DNA of 64,000 bases from Azolla caroliniana (GCA_043228905.1 JBHGNT010000015.1:2728001-2792000); one strand, 5' to 3'; numbered from the stretch's first letter, positions 53,375 through 64,000 are shown. A program made the numbers and translations. The notes: generated from the letters alone by a model not told the origin.

Positions 53375-53575
53375 GGTTCGAAGAGAGGCACTCTTCGAAC
53401 CACTCACCCTCGGTTCGAGGAGAGGCACTCTCGAACCCCTCACCCCCGGTTCGAAGAGAGGCACTCTTTGAACCACTCACCCTCGGTTCGAGGAGAGGCA
53501 CTCTTCGAACCCCTCACCCCTGGTTCGAGGAGAGGCACTCTTCGAACCACTCCCCCCGGTTCGAAGAGAGGCCCT
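53375..53575 (+). repeat. Tandem array of palindromic 27-bp hairpin units (5 complete plus 1 partial, period 36-37 bp)
   Basis: GGTTCGA(A/G)GAG-AGGCA-CTCTTCGAACC at 53375, 53412, 53448, 53485, 53522 and 53558 (partial), separated by 9-10-nt C-rich linkers. Confidence 0.95.
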
Positions 53576-53804
53576 CGTTGCCCAAACACAACCTAGACAG
53601 TAACACATAAGTCCCTTTAAAAAATAAATATACATATCGTTATCCCTCAAAACAACTCATACTACTTTAAAATATAATAATCATAACTAATCCTAATAAG
53701 TCATTCACATCAATAGATAAATAAAATATCATTGGCAGGGGAGTGTAAGAGTTGGTACACCCCCATACGGCTATACTAATCTTTGTCCTATCAGGTTATA
53801 ATCA

Positions 53805-54536
53805 ATGACATCCATTCCATTCACCAAACTCCTCCACGCATACTACCCCGACGCCGGCTGTGGCTCCTTGGTCATTCAAGCCAAGTTCAACAACACCCGT
53901 TGTACCTACCGGGTGCCCACTGCCGCCACACAACTCAAGTACCTCGAGCTTGATGTTTTTGACACCCTTTCACGACTCGGCCTCAAGTTCTTCCTAGGGA
54001 TTGGCCCATGGGGTGTAATCCCCGAGCTAGTCAACTGGTTCCTCGCAGGATACAACCCCGATACTGGTCATGTTTGCATGCACGCCTTCGTGAATGCTAC
54101 CCATGTGGAGTTCCAGTTCAACGTCGCCAACGTTTGCGCTACACTTCACCTGCCGGTGGATGGCACTCCCTTCCGCACCATGAAGTCCCCCGGGGTCGTC
54201 CCCAACATCATCCCCACCGTCTATACCAAGTATTCCAGATGCGAAGGATGGCATTTCACTGACATTCCCCCTCACCTCCACGATCGTTGTAGTGCCATCG
54301 CTCAGATCGGTGACCCTGCCTGCATTGATGCTATTGCCCGCATCACCGGTGAGTTCCTCAAGTGGGCACATTATCCTCAACCGGTCCAGTGGGCCCATGA
54401 ACTCATTCAACGGGTCAAGGAATGGCAAACACGACCCAAATCGGTAGCCAATTTTGCATGGTTCCTCACTCGTTACCTATGCGCAAAGTTCAATATCGGC
54501 CCTCTAGCTCCTCCTTACATACATTGCCAGGAATGA
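53805..54536 (+). CDS. Additional 3' ORF of the gypsy element (Athila env-like / plant-transposon-protein type), 243 aa open; the frame continues through further stops towards 55304
   Basis: Located after pol. Motifs IPELVNWFLAGY, FNVANVCATLHLP, VQWAHELI and FAWFLTRYL resemble the extra ORFs of Athila-type elements. Strong acceptor TACTAATCTTTGTCCTATCAG (53774-53794) ends 10 nt before the ATG. Confidence 0.7.
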   Translation: MTSIPFTKLLHAYYPDAGCGSLVIQAKFNNTRCTYRVPTAATQLKYLELDVFDTLSRLGLKFFLGIGPWGVIPELVNWFLAGYNPDTGHVCMHAFVNATHVEFQFNVANVCATLHLPVDGTPFRTMKSPGVVPNIIPTVYTKYSRCEGWHFTDIPPHLHDRCSAIAQIGDPACIDAIARITGEFLKWAHYPQPVQWAHELIQRVKEWQTRPKSVANFAWFLTRYLCAKFNIGPLAPPYIHCQE

Positions 54537-56892
54537 TGCCGCAAGGTAACCATACCAGGTCAACCCGAGCGCCTCCGCATTCCGGAACGTGACTTATTAA
54601 GGCAAGTCCACCAAGGTGAACGTGAATGCCCACCAACACACAAACAACCAAAAATCACCCATGTGGCGGCCGAGGATACCCTCGATACAACCGAATATAT
54701 CACCCAACGCACAAAAGAATTCCAGACACGTGAATTCACCCCCGTGGAAATCTAGGAATTGTCTACAACATTCTACTACGTGTCCCATCAGACCATGGCC
54801 ATGACCCCTCGTACTCGCAGTTGCACCACCGAATCGATCCTTCGCGACCTTCAGAACCCGGTGGACCTACTCCTTCCACCCCCGACAACCTCTCTCCTCG
54901 GTGACACCCCGCCAACCTCCCCTTTCACGACCACCCAGGCACCAACCCCCATGCTTACCGATGACACCCAGCAACCTCGACCCCGTAAACTAGCCTACCA
55001 CAACTCACCACCCATCGACGCCCCATAGTTCAAAATCCCCCTTCCCCCTCTTGAGAACCCTAACCCACCACCGTCTACAAGCACGGTTGTTCCCTCCCAA
55101 CCAAACCCGGATACCACCTTGACGACCACCCCACTGGAACCCCTACTAGCCCTTGTTCCCAACCCTAACCCAACCCTACCTACACAAGGAACGAGGTCTT
55201 GGCCGCCGAAGTAAGGAATGCCTACCATACCAACGCATGCCAAGCCGTTGCCTACGACCTCCTTAAGAAGGAACTGCTCGCTGAACAAACCTGACGCCGC
55301 GAACTCTATTGTAATACGTAGGATATTATTTTCATTTAAGTTTTATTATAGGAAATTAATGTATATTCTAGATTTCTCTAGAACATTCTAGAAGCTTTAG
55401 GATTACTGCTGAGAACACTATAAAAGAAGGCACTAGGCATTATGTTGAACCAAATTGGTTCAATGCCAATCTTAAGACTCTTAGCCACTTTGTACTTATC
55501 CTTCACATAATATATTAGCTGTTATCATAATCTCTCTCTCTCTCATCCTCGCTATCTCTCTCTCCTCTTCTCTCTTTCTCTCTTGGGAATCTTACACAGT
55601 CCCGTCCTCTTAGTACTAATAGTACTTCTCTTCTTTAGTACTAATTCTCTCTTTGCTTTAGTACTATTCCTGACAGTTTGAACCAAATTTTCCTCCTCAA
55701 GCCTAAGTCTTGTCATTCTCCCTCATCCTCCTACCCTTTTCCCTATACTATGGCTACTGTTAGCGCCCAAGAATATCAATCCGTTTTCTCCAAGCTATAG
55801 TGCCTAAAAGAAAAAAGTGTAGTTGGAACAAGAAAACCAACGGCTGATAGGGGATCTGCAACAAATTGCTCTAGAAAAACAACAAACGCAGCAACAACAT
55901 GGGGAGTTAGCGTTACGGGTACAACAACTCGAAGCAGCATTGTAACAACAAGGATCAAGTCCCCAAGGATTTCATAAAGAGCCGAAGATTGGACTTCTTG
56001 TGAAATTTGATGGAACACGATTGCAATTCAGGGGATTCCTTAATTAGGTACGATTAGTCATCCAAATGCATCCTTCCCGATACCCCACTGATGCATCCCG
56101 AGTCGGCCTAATAGGCATGTTGCTTAGCGGCTCAACCTTAGCATGGTTCGCTCCGCTTCTAGAAAAACAATCGCCCTTGCTTAATAACTTTGAAGATTTT
56201 ATTAGTGAGTTTAAAGCCTGCTTTGGAGACACCGTCAGCATTAGGACGACGATCAACAAGATCCGACGATTGCGTCAAGGCGATCGTCCAGCCTCTGCCT
56301 ACATGGCGGATTTCCGTTTACTTGCCTCAGATATCCCCTGGGATGATCAAGCACTAATGGAGCAGTTTTGCTACGGCTTGCGAAATGATGTCAAAGATTT
56401 ACTTTTAACCTTCCCCGAAGAACCAAAGTCTCTTACGGAGGCAATCAGTCGAGCGGTCCGATGCGACAACCACCTTTTCGAACGACGTTCGGAACGTCAA
56501 TTACAAATACCACGTTCTAGGACAGAGCCCACTTATGCCTCAGTCGCGGCAAAACCGTTTACACGTGACGTACCTCAAGCAAATACTCTGACACCGATGG
56601 AGATCGACACCATGCGTTGACGTGGCCCGTTATCGGAAGAAGAAAAACAACGACGATGTGCAAATCGATTATGTCTTTATTGCGGTGGACCAGGGCATAT
56701 CGCAATCAATTGTCCCCATAGGCCAAGAAGACAGGTAAATCAAATCTTAGCATGTAGTAAACCCGAGTCAATTCTTCTCTTAGGAGTATCTGATAGTATT
56801 AATAGTACTAATAGATTGTCTGATAGTATTAATAGTACTAATAGCCCAAGTATCTCAAACAAATTTGAAATCCTTAGTCAATTAGATGAAGA

Positions 56893-56944
56893 GTTAAACG
56901 ATTGAGTCAAGCCAAAATAGGAGTCGTTTGGTTGGACAACCCTA
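56893..56944 (+). promoter_or_regulatory. Candidate -1 programmed ribosomal frameshift signal (G_TTA_AAC plus stem/pseudoknot)
   Basis: Gag frame stops at TGA 56903-05 and pol is in the -1 frame. Heptamer at 56893-99, 6-nt spacer, stem GTCAAGCCAAA/TTTGGTTGGAC; loop TAGG can pair with downstream CCTA. Confidence 0.7.
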
Positions 56945-59900
56945 GATCTGTACAACCCATTAGTGGTTCCATTCCCTCCAACCAAGTTAGCAATGTGTTC
57001 CTAGCCCAAGTCATGGTTAGTACTAAAAGTACTCCCCTAGTACAAGTCCTAGCACTTTTAGATTCCGGAGCCATTTCCTGTTTCATGGATCGAAAATTTG
57101 CCCAAGCTTCTCAGATATCCTTAAGAAAACTTCCTTGCCCCACATATGTAGTAGTCATTGATGGTCGTCCCATTGCTTCCGGGAATATTGTAGAAGAGTC
57201 AGAACCCATTCAGGTTGTCCTAGGTAGTTTTGTGTGTGTAGTATCATTTAATATAATTAGTAGTCCGGAGGATCCCATTGTCCTGGGATTACCGTGCTTT
57301 GAACTACATAATCCAGACATAGATTGGAGAACAAGAGAAGTCCGATATCGACAACCCCAAGAATCTACTCATCGAGTTTCGACCATTTCACTACGTCAAC
57401 TACGCGAAGAAGGACACAAGGAGGCAATGTTTCTATTTGCCATATTAGTACATCCTTCCAGGCATATTAAGGAGGAATCCTTAGTGCAACTTTCGGCAAA
57501 ATATCATCCTTATGCCAACGTATTTGACAAGGTAAAAGCCGGTACTCTTCCTCATCATCGTCCCTACGATTGTCCCATCGATTTACAACCAAGAGAAAAG
57601 CCACCATGGGGACCAATCTACAACTTGTCACCCACCGAGTTAGAAGTCCTTCGAGCCTACATAGAGGAGAACTTGGCAAGTGGGTTTATTCGTCATTCGA
57701 AATCTCTGGCCGGAGCACCCATCTTCTTTGTCAAGAAGAAAGATGGCTCACTTCGTCTCGTCGTTGATTACCGTGGCTTAAATAAGGTCACCATCCGGAA
57801 TAGGTATGCACTTCCTCTTATATCAAGTCTTTTAGAGCGACTTAATGGTGCCAAATTTTTTACAAAAATCGATCTATGATGAGCATATAACCTCGTGCGG
57901 ATCCGACCAGGAGATGAATGGAAGACCGCCTTTCACACGCGGTATGGGCATTTCGAATATATTGTTATGCCGTTCGGTCTAACCAATGCACCCGCAGTCT
58001 TCCAACACATGGCAAATGATATATTCAGAGACCTCTTGGATATATGTTTGATCATCTATCTGGATGATCTATTGATTTATTCGAAGACCTAGGAAGAGCA
58101 TGATTCTCATGTACTATTAGTACTAAACCGACTCCGCGAGAATGGTCTTTATGCCAAGGTAGAAAAATGTAGCTTTGACTGCAAGCAAGTGGAATTTCTA
58201 GGCTACGTTATCTCCTCAAAGGGCATCTCCATGGATCCAGCTAAAGTCCAAATTGTGCTAGAGTGGCAAATTCCACGGTCAGTACGTGATGTACAATGTT
58301 TTCTAGGTTTTGCTAACTTCTACCATAAGTTTATATAGGATTACTCGAAGATTATTTTACCTCTCACACAACTTACAAAGAAGGGACAAGCATTTCTTTG
58401 GTCCAATGAAGCGGACATGGCTTTTCGGCATCTTAAGAAAGCCTTTACATCAGCACCTATTCTAGCGCATGTGGATACAAGAAAACCATTCATCATGGAG
58501 GCCGATGCATTAGATTTCGCCCTCGGTAGCATCCTTTCTCAACAAGGAGATAAAGAAGAGTTACATCCTGTGGCTTTCCATTTGCGCAAATTCGATGCTG
58601 CGGAAATCAACTACGAAATACATGACAAGGAGTTATTAGCCATCGTGGATTCATTTGTGCAATGGCGGCCTTTTTTGGAGGGCTCTCCACATCAGGTCAT
58701 CGTCTTTAGTGATCACAAGAATCTTTCTTATTTCCAGAACGCTCGTGTGCTAAATCGACGACAAGCTAGGTGGGCTCAATTCCTTACACGTTTTGATTTC
58801 AAAATCGCATATCGACCGGGGAAGCAGCAAGGAAAGGTAGATGCACTATCACGACGTTCATATCTTGCACCTCATCCTGGTGATCCAACGTTCGATAATC
58901 AAAAGCAAGTAATCTTGGGACCAACATGATTGCACACAACGCGGATTTTTCACACCCCAATGGATTCCCAGATTACCGACACCATACGTGAGAACTTGAA
59001 GACAGACAATTTTGCTCAAGACATTCTGGCGCACATTGATACCTCTTGGGCATCCTGTTCCCAGTCTCAACAACCAGGTATGGACTACCGACAATTCGAA
59101 TATCATGATGGTTTGCTATTCTTTAAAAAGCTTGTATATGTCCCGGATTGCTCTTGTTGCCTTCTAATCGTCCAAAGTTGTCACGACACCCATATGGTGG
59201 GACATTTTGGTAGCACTAAGACGTTGGATCTAGTTCAACGATCCTTTTGGTGGCCCCATATGCGACGTTTTGTCAACGACTACGTTCGGACCTGTGATGC
59301 TTGTTTCCGAGCAAAGATGCCGCGACACCATCCATATGGCTTGTGGGAACCCTTACCGATTCCAAGTAAGCCGTGGCAGTCTATTTGTCTTGACTTTATC
59401 ACAAATCTGCCGGTCTCGCAGGGGTTTGATGCTATCTTAACCGTCGTCGATCGATATACGAAGATGGCACATTTTGTGCTGTGTACTAAGGCCATCACTA
59501 GTGAGGAAACCGCTGCCCTTGTCATGCGTGAGGTATTTCGGCATCATGGCCTCCCAGACAGTATCATCAATGACCGAGGACCGCAATTCGTCTCCAAATT
59601 TTGGCAGCATCTCTTCAAGATGCTCAAGGTCTCTTGCAACCTCTCCTCCGGCTACCATCCTCAGACCGATGGGCAGGTGGAACGAACAAACCAAATGCTG
59701 GAGCAATATCTCCGGTGTTTCCTGAATTATCAACAGGACGATTGGGTCGAGATTCTCCAGTTTTGCGAAGTTTGCGTATAATAATGCTGTTCACTCCTCG
59801 ACTTGAGTCTCCCCATTCTACGCTTATACTGGTTCTCATCCTCGCTGGTCGGTGATCGACACCCCGGAGTTACCTACCAATCCTCGTGTCGAGGATTATT

Positions 59901-60492
59901 TGGAGAGACTACGCAAGATCCAGATGGATCTCTCTACTCATCTTCGTCATGCTCACCAGACACAGAAGACTTACACGGATTGTCATCAGCTTCCCTCCTC
60001 TTTTGCCATCGGAGATCGAGTATGGCTTTTACGTCGTCACATCAAGTCTACTCGACCATGCGACAAGTTGGATTATCGCCAACTCGGTCCTTTTCGTATT
60101 ACCGGTAAGGTTAATGATGTCACGTTCCGCCTTGATCTTCCTCCGCATCTTCGGATACATCTGGTCTTCCATAGTTCTCTTCTTGAACCTTATAAAGCAA
60201 ACACTCTTCTCGATCGTGTTACACCACCGCCGCCCCCACTTGAGTTAGACGCCGGCTCGGAGTATGAAGTTGCTGCCATCCTCGACTCCAAATTTGTTCG
60301 CAACAAACTTTATTATTTGGTCAATTGGCTTGGCTATAGTCCGAGTGAATGTACTTAGGAACTCGTCAGGCATGTCGCCAATGCTCAGGATCTTCTTGCT
60401 GAGTTCCATCGAAAGTATCCGGACAAACCCGATCCGCAATCAGCGCCAACTCGTTCCACTCGTCGTCGCCTTAAGGGGGAGATAGTGTCGTG

Positions 60493-60565
60493 ATATGGCA
60501 CTAAGACTCGAACCCATGACCTTATGTTATATGGGTCGAGCTCTTGACCATTATACCATCTATTG
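60493..60565 (-). other. tRNA-derived A-box/B-box module at the outer end of the chromovirus LTR (not a functional tRNA)
   Basis: Minus strand TGGTATAATGG-TCAAGAGC...AGGTCATG-GGTTCGAGTC. A-box at 60558-60548 and B-box at 60514-60505, 44 nt apart as in tRNA genes. Anticodon and acceptor stems do not pair. Confidence 0.65.
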
Positions 60566-60934
60566 TAATACGTAGGATATTATTTTCATTTAAGTTTTAT
60601 TATAGGAAATTAATGTATATTCTAGATTTCTCTGGAACATTCTAGAAGCTTCAGGATTACTCCTGAGAACACTATAAAAGAAGGCACTAGGCATTATGTT
60701 GAACCAAATTGGTTCAACGCCAGTCTTAAGCCTCTTAGCCACTTTGTACTTATCCTTCACATAATATATTAGTTGTTATCATCATCATCTCTCTCTCTCT
60801 CATCCTCGCTATCTCTCTCTCTCCTCTTCTCTCTTTCTCTCTCGGGAATCTTACACAGTCCCATCCTCTTAGTACTAATAGTACTTCTCTTCTTTAGTAC
60901 TAATTCTCTCTCTGCTTTAGTACTATTCCTGACA

Positions 60935-62452
60935 ACAAGTACGATTTAATCAAGGTTGTTGCTTCATCGAAAAAGAGGGCCGACTCATCGCTCGCGGACG
61001 AAGAGAGGGCCAAATGTTCATTCTTGACTCGCACAAGATGAAATTGTCCATGTTCACAAAGGGCACGAAAGCCGATTCCGACATAGAGTTATGGCACAAG
61101 TGGATTAGCCATATCAACCTCCAAAAGCTCAAGGCAATGCAATCGAAAGGAGTCATCATCAGGGTCTTGAAATTCAAGGAGAAAGAGATTGAAGGCGTGT
61201 GTGCCGCTTGCCAATTTGGCAAGCAACATCAGCACCCATTTCCGAATGAGCGGAACATGAGCAAACACGTACTCGACGTAATTCATTCCGATTTATGGGG
61301 TTCGGCTCAAGCGGCTAAAGATTTGGCGGATGCCGATACTACGTGGCCTTCATCGACGACTTCTCCAAGCACACCTGGATCTACCCCATACGGCAAAAGA
61401 GCGAAGTGTTTAGACACTTCCAAAAATTTAAGAATGAAGTCGAGAAAGCCATGGGCCAACATGTACGATGTCTTCGGTCGGATGGAGGCAAGGAGTACTT
61501 CTTCGACGAATTTTCGGCTTTTCTACGGAAAGAAGGAATTCGACGAGAGTTTTCGCGTCGACATACGCCACAACAAAACGGAGTGGCCGAACGAAAGAAT
61601 CGACATATCCTCGAAGTAGCACAGGCCATGATGAACGAAAAGCACTTACCGAAGTCGTACTAGGCAGAAGTGGCTAACACGGCCGTATACCTCATGAATC
61701 GGTGTACGACATCGGGTGTGCACGAACTTACTCCGCACGAGAAGTTTTTCGGAAAGAAGACGAGACCTATCACATGTTCGGATATTCGGCTCCATTGCAT
61801 ATGTGCACATCCCCGACGAGAAGCGACAAAAGCTCGACCCGAAGTCGGAGAAATGTATCCTCGTAGGATACTCACTGGAGCAAAAGGGGTACAAGTGCTA
61901 TAACCCCTCAACTCGACAAGCCCGAGTAAGTCGAGATGTCGTTTTGGACGAGTCCGCATCCTGGTACGCACTAGAGATAACTTCGACTCTGATTCCGCTC
62001 GACCCAGAATCCGCCGAAATAGAGGTAGAACCCGAAGATTGGCTCACGTGCATGTTCGAAGAAAGCCCAATTATGACAAGGCTTAGTGGGCCACAAGAGT
62101 CTCTGAGCGATCAAAGCACATCTCGGCCGATTCCGAAGCTGGACAAAGGGAAGGTGAAAATGCCGGATTATGAAGACAATCACTTCAATGACAACGAATG
62201 GACTCACTCCCTCGATAGTGAGTTCGAAGGCCTTGACATCCGGACAAATGGAGCGAAGAAAGCCATAGTATCTGCAAACGAGTAGCTCTGCCGATCCACC
62301 CGTGAAAAGAACCCTGTAAGCCGATTCGGCTACAACCATTATATGGCGTACCATTACGCCTTTATGATGAAGGTAGCGACAATACGGGAGCTGGAAACGT
62401 TTTCCGAAGCCACGAATGACCCAGATGGGTTGAAGCGATGAATGAGGAGATG
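60935..62452 (+). mobile_element. Degenerate Ty1/copia internal fragment (pre-integrase, integrase, start of RT)
   Basis: LWHKWISHINLQKL, CAACQFGKQH, AFIDDFSKHTW, LRSDGGKEY, PQQNGVAERKNR, KLDPKSEKCILVGY, EAMNEEM; frameshifts. Confidence 0.92.
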
Positions 62453-62925
62453 TGTTACCGATTAGGAACACTGTCTACTCTCAGTCCTTCGAGGTAGACT
62501 TCAAGGTGATTGTGGTGCAAGGGATAGATCCGTAGGTGCGCGAAGCATAACAGGCTTACAAAGCAAAGCGTATCGTCTGGACGTGAAGGGAGATGGCTAC
62601 AACCGAAGCTCACCAGTACGTGATCTCATATACACACTTACCCTACGCTTACTAGCCCACAATTACCAATAGAGTACTACACCGAATCAGTAGATGACTT
62701 ACACAGACATAGGAATTAGAGAAGATAGTCCTGTATTAGAAAAGGTAGCTCCCTAAATATAGCTACCTCTTTACAGAGGATTTCTGCCCTTTATATACAC
62801 AGGGCTTTTAGTCCGTTACGCTCCTAGTGTGAACCGTTACATGCGTTTCTTTAACACTTCTAGTAATATATCTTACTCGTCTAAGCGTTAGGTCCGACGG
62901 ACAACACTTGGCACGCCTGTGGGAC
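62453..62925 (+). mobile_element. 5' LTR (about 454 bp, TGTT...AACA) plus PBS of a further LTR element
   Basis: Interrupts the Copia frame at EAMNEEM. Ends GGACAACA at 62906, followed by TGGCACGCCTGTGGGAC (tRNA-Arg-type PBS). Confidence 0.7.
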
Positions 62926-62935
62926 AGTGCCATGG

Positions 62936-64000
62936 TGTTGGGGACAAGGCCGTTAATGCGGATGTGCAAGCACCATTCGTGAAGAAGAAGAACCTGTGTA
63001 TTCATGAGCAAGATAGACACAGGCACAAACAATACGTTATATTGCAATAGAAACAGTTACAAAAGACAACCGACCCTCACTAAAGGTTACAAAGTCACTT
63101 TATATAGTGACTATCCTAGGGCAACTGCCCTTTATGCTATTTACAAAAATAGCCCGAACTTGGGCTGTCCAAAGGGATAGTGTGAATATGGCCATTATAC
63201 ACTCGTATTCGACACTCCCCTATAATGGGCGTATACATGGGTTATCTTAAAGAATTACAGGTATATATACAAGGTTTATCGGACATATCGGTTTTGTCAG
63301 AGTCGGCAAGATCCAAAGGTAGAAGACCGAATCGGTCTAGCCGAAAGAGCTAAAGCTGATCCTCAGAGAACCGATGTCGGTGGTCCGAAACCATCCTGTG
63401 CTGTGTGTCTGACTTTAACCGGACTGATTTTTTGTTACGCCCATCTGGTGCCGAAGGGACCAGAAACGATCCGCCGAAAGACACTTGGTCATTCCATCTG
63501 CGGCATTATTGGTTGTGGATATCTTCTCGAGACCGATTTTCTTGAAATGACGCAGTCCCGAACGAAGTGATATCGAACGTCGATGTGCTTAGAGGCGTTG
63601 TGGTGAACCAGATTTTTTGACAAAGCAACAACACCCTGACTGTCACTGCAGACAACTGGAGACGAGTCAGAGTCGACCTGTCAAAACGTGTGCGCCAGCC
63701 GATCGAGCCATAAAGCTTCTTTTGCCCCGTCGGATGCAGCTACATATTCCGCTTCGGTCGTTGAGGTGGCTTTTCACTCTTGGAGTTTTGACTTCCACGA
63801 GATTGCTCCATTGCCGAATTTGAAACAATATCCGGTTGTTGATTTCTGACTGTCCACCCAGCCGGCGAAGTCTGAGTCAGTGTAACCGACTATGCTTGAG
63901 GTTGAGTTCGGGCCGAAAAGAATGCCGTGGTCTTTTGTGCCAGCTAGATATCTGAACACATGCTTGACTGCGTTCCAGTGCGATCGGCCGGGGTTGTGCA
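62936..64000 (-). mobile_element. 3' end of a Copia related to the 38093-43555 element, inverted (LTR 62936-63214, PPT, RT/RNase H), running off the window
   Basis: The minus-strand LTR starts TGTCGAATACGAGTGTATAATGG (compare TGTCGAATACATGTGTATAATGG). FRYLAGTKDHGILFGPN...GAISWKSKLQE is nearly identical to the other copy; frameshifted. Confidence 0.93.

Larger units (their letters stand above)
43918..55304 (+). mobile_element. Large degenerate non-chromovirus Ty3/gypsy element (Athila-like): partial LTR, PBS, repeat-rich leader, gag, RT, RNase H, integrase, second protease, extra ORF; 3' LTR lost
   Basis: TATA at 43941; LTR end about 44363; PBS-like TTGCGCCGCTGTTGGGGA at about 44369-44386 (resembles the Athila TGGCGCCGTTGCCGGGGA). 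Gag from about 45532 (LKQEANEIVRDY). RT FRDVFAWSYVDMKG...YVDD. RNase H DASTFAIGAILAQ...ERNYSTTEREAL. Integrase HHCC, FEKWGIDF, GPY module. Multiple premature stops. Confidence 0.9.
55305..60934 (+). mobile_element. Chromovirus Ty3/gypsy element (Tcn1/Tf1-sushi type), degenerate; 5' LTR truncated (55305-55675), 3' LTR 60486-60934
   Basis: Gag LLSGSTLAWF...LRQGDRPASAY...[19 protein letters not shown]; protease LLDSGA; RT YLDD; RNase H; integrase; chromodomain EYEVAAILDSKFVRNKLYYLVNWLGY. PPT AAGGGGGAGATAG. LTR TGTC...GACA. LTR copies differ by about 10 substitutions plus 2 small indels over about 370 bp (manual count). Confidence 0.95.

Noticed and set aside
53375-53575. CRISPR array
   Set aside because: The palindromic repeats look CRISPR-like, but the linkers are only 9-10 nt and near-identical, no cas genes are present, and the context is a eukaryotic retrotransposon.
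52984-53610. 208-aa hydrophobic ORF
   Set aside because: Starts at TTG in a C/T-rich low-complexity tract and runs through the hairpin array; no domain signal.
60493-60565. Functional tRNA gene
   Set aside because: Acceptor and anticodon stems do not pair; kept only as a tRNA-derived promoter module.

Overview
Land-plant nuclear DNA. A non-seed plant, probably a fern, is inferred from the Tcn1/sushi-type chromovirus and the L1 ORF2 C-terminus. Positions 1-33.4 kb are a gene island with six intron-containing genes, all reconstructed by hand with GT-AG junctions: RPS25 (-), RPL9 (+), a secreted 12-Cys preproprotein (+), cytochrome b5 (-), a Yip1-domain protein (-) and an SPX-RING E3 ligase of the NLA/BAH1 type (-). 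Intron 3 of the Yip1 gene holds a decayed Copia, and its promoter holds an L1 with a TSD. A 1.1-kb foldback lies just upstream of the SPX-RING gene. Positions 35.6-64 kb are nested LTR retrotransposons: a young full-length Copia, several Copia fragments, a large Athila-like Ty3/gypsy element and a chromovirus. The Athila-like element has a second retropepsin domain in frame after integrase, apparently permuted 5' blocks, four Zn-knuckles, a tandem array of hairpins and a probably spliced extra ORF. The chromovirus has no tRNA PBS but a self-priming match, a -1 frameshift signal, and an antisense tRNA-derived A-box/B-box module at the start of its LTR. All coordinates and identities were read manually; no searches were run.
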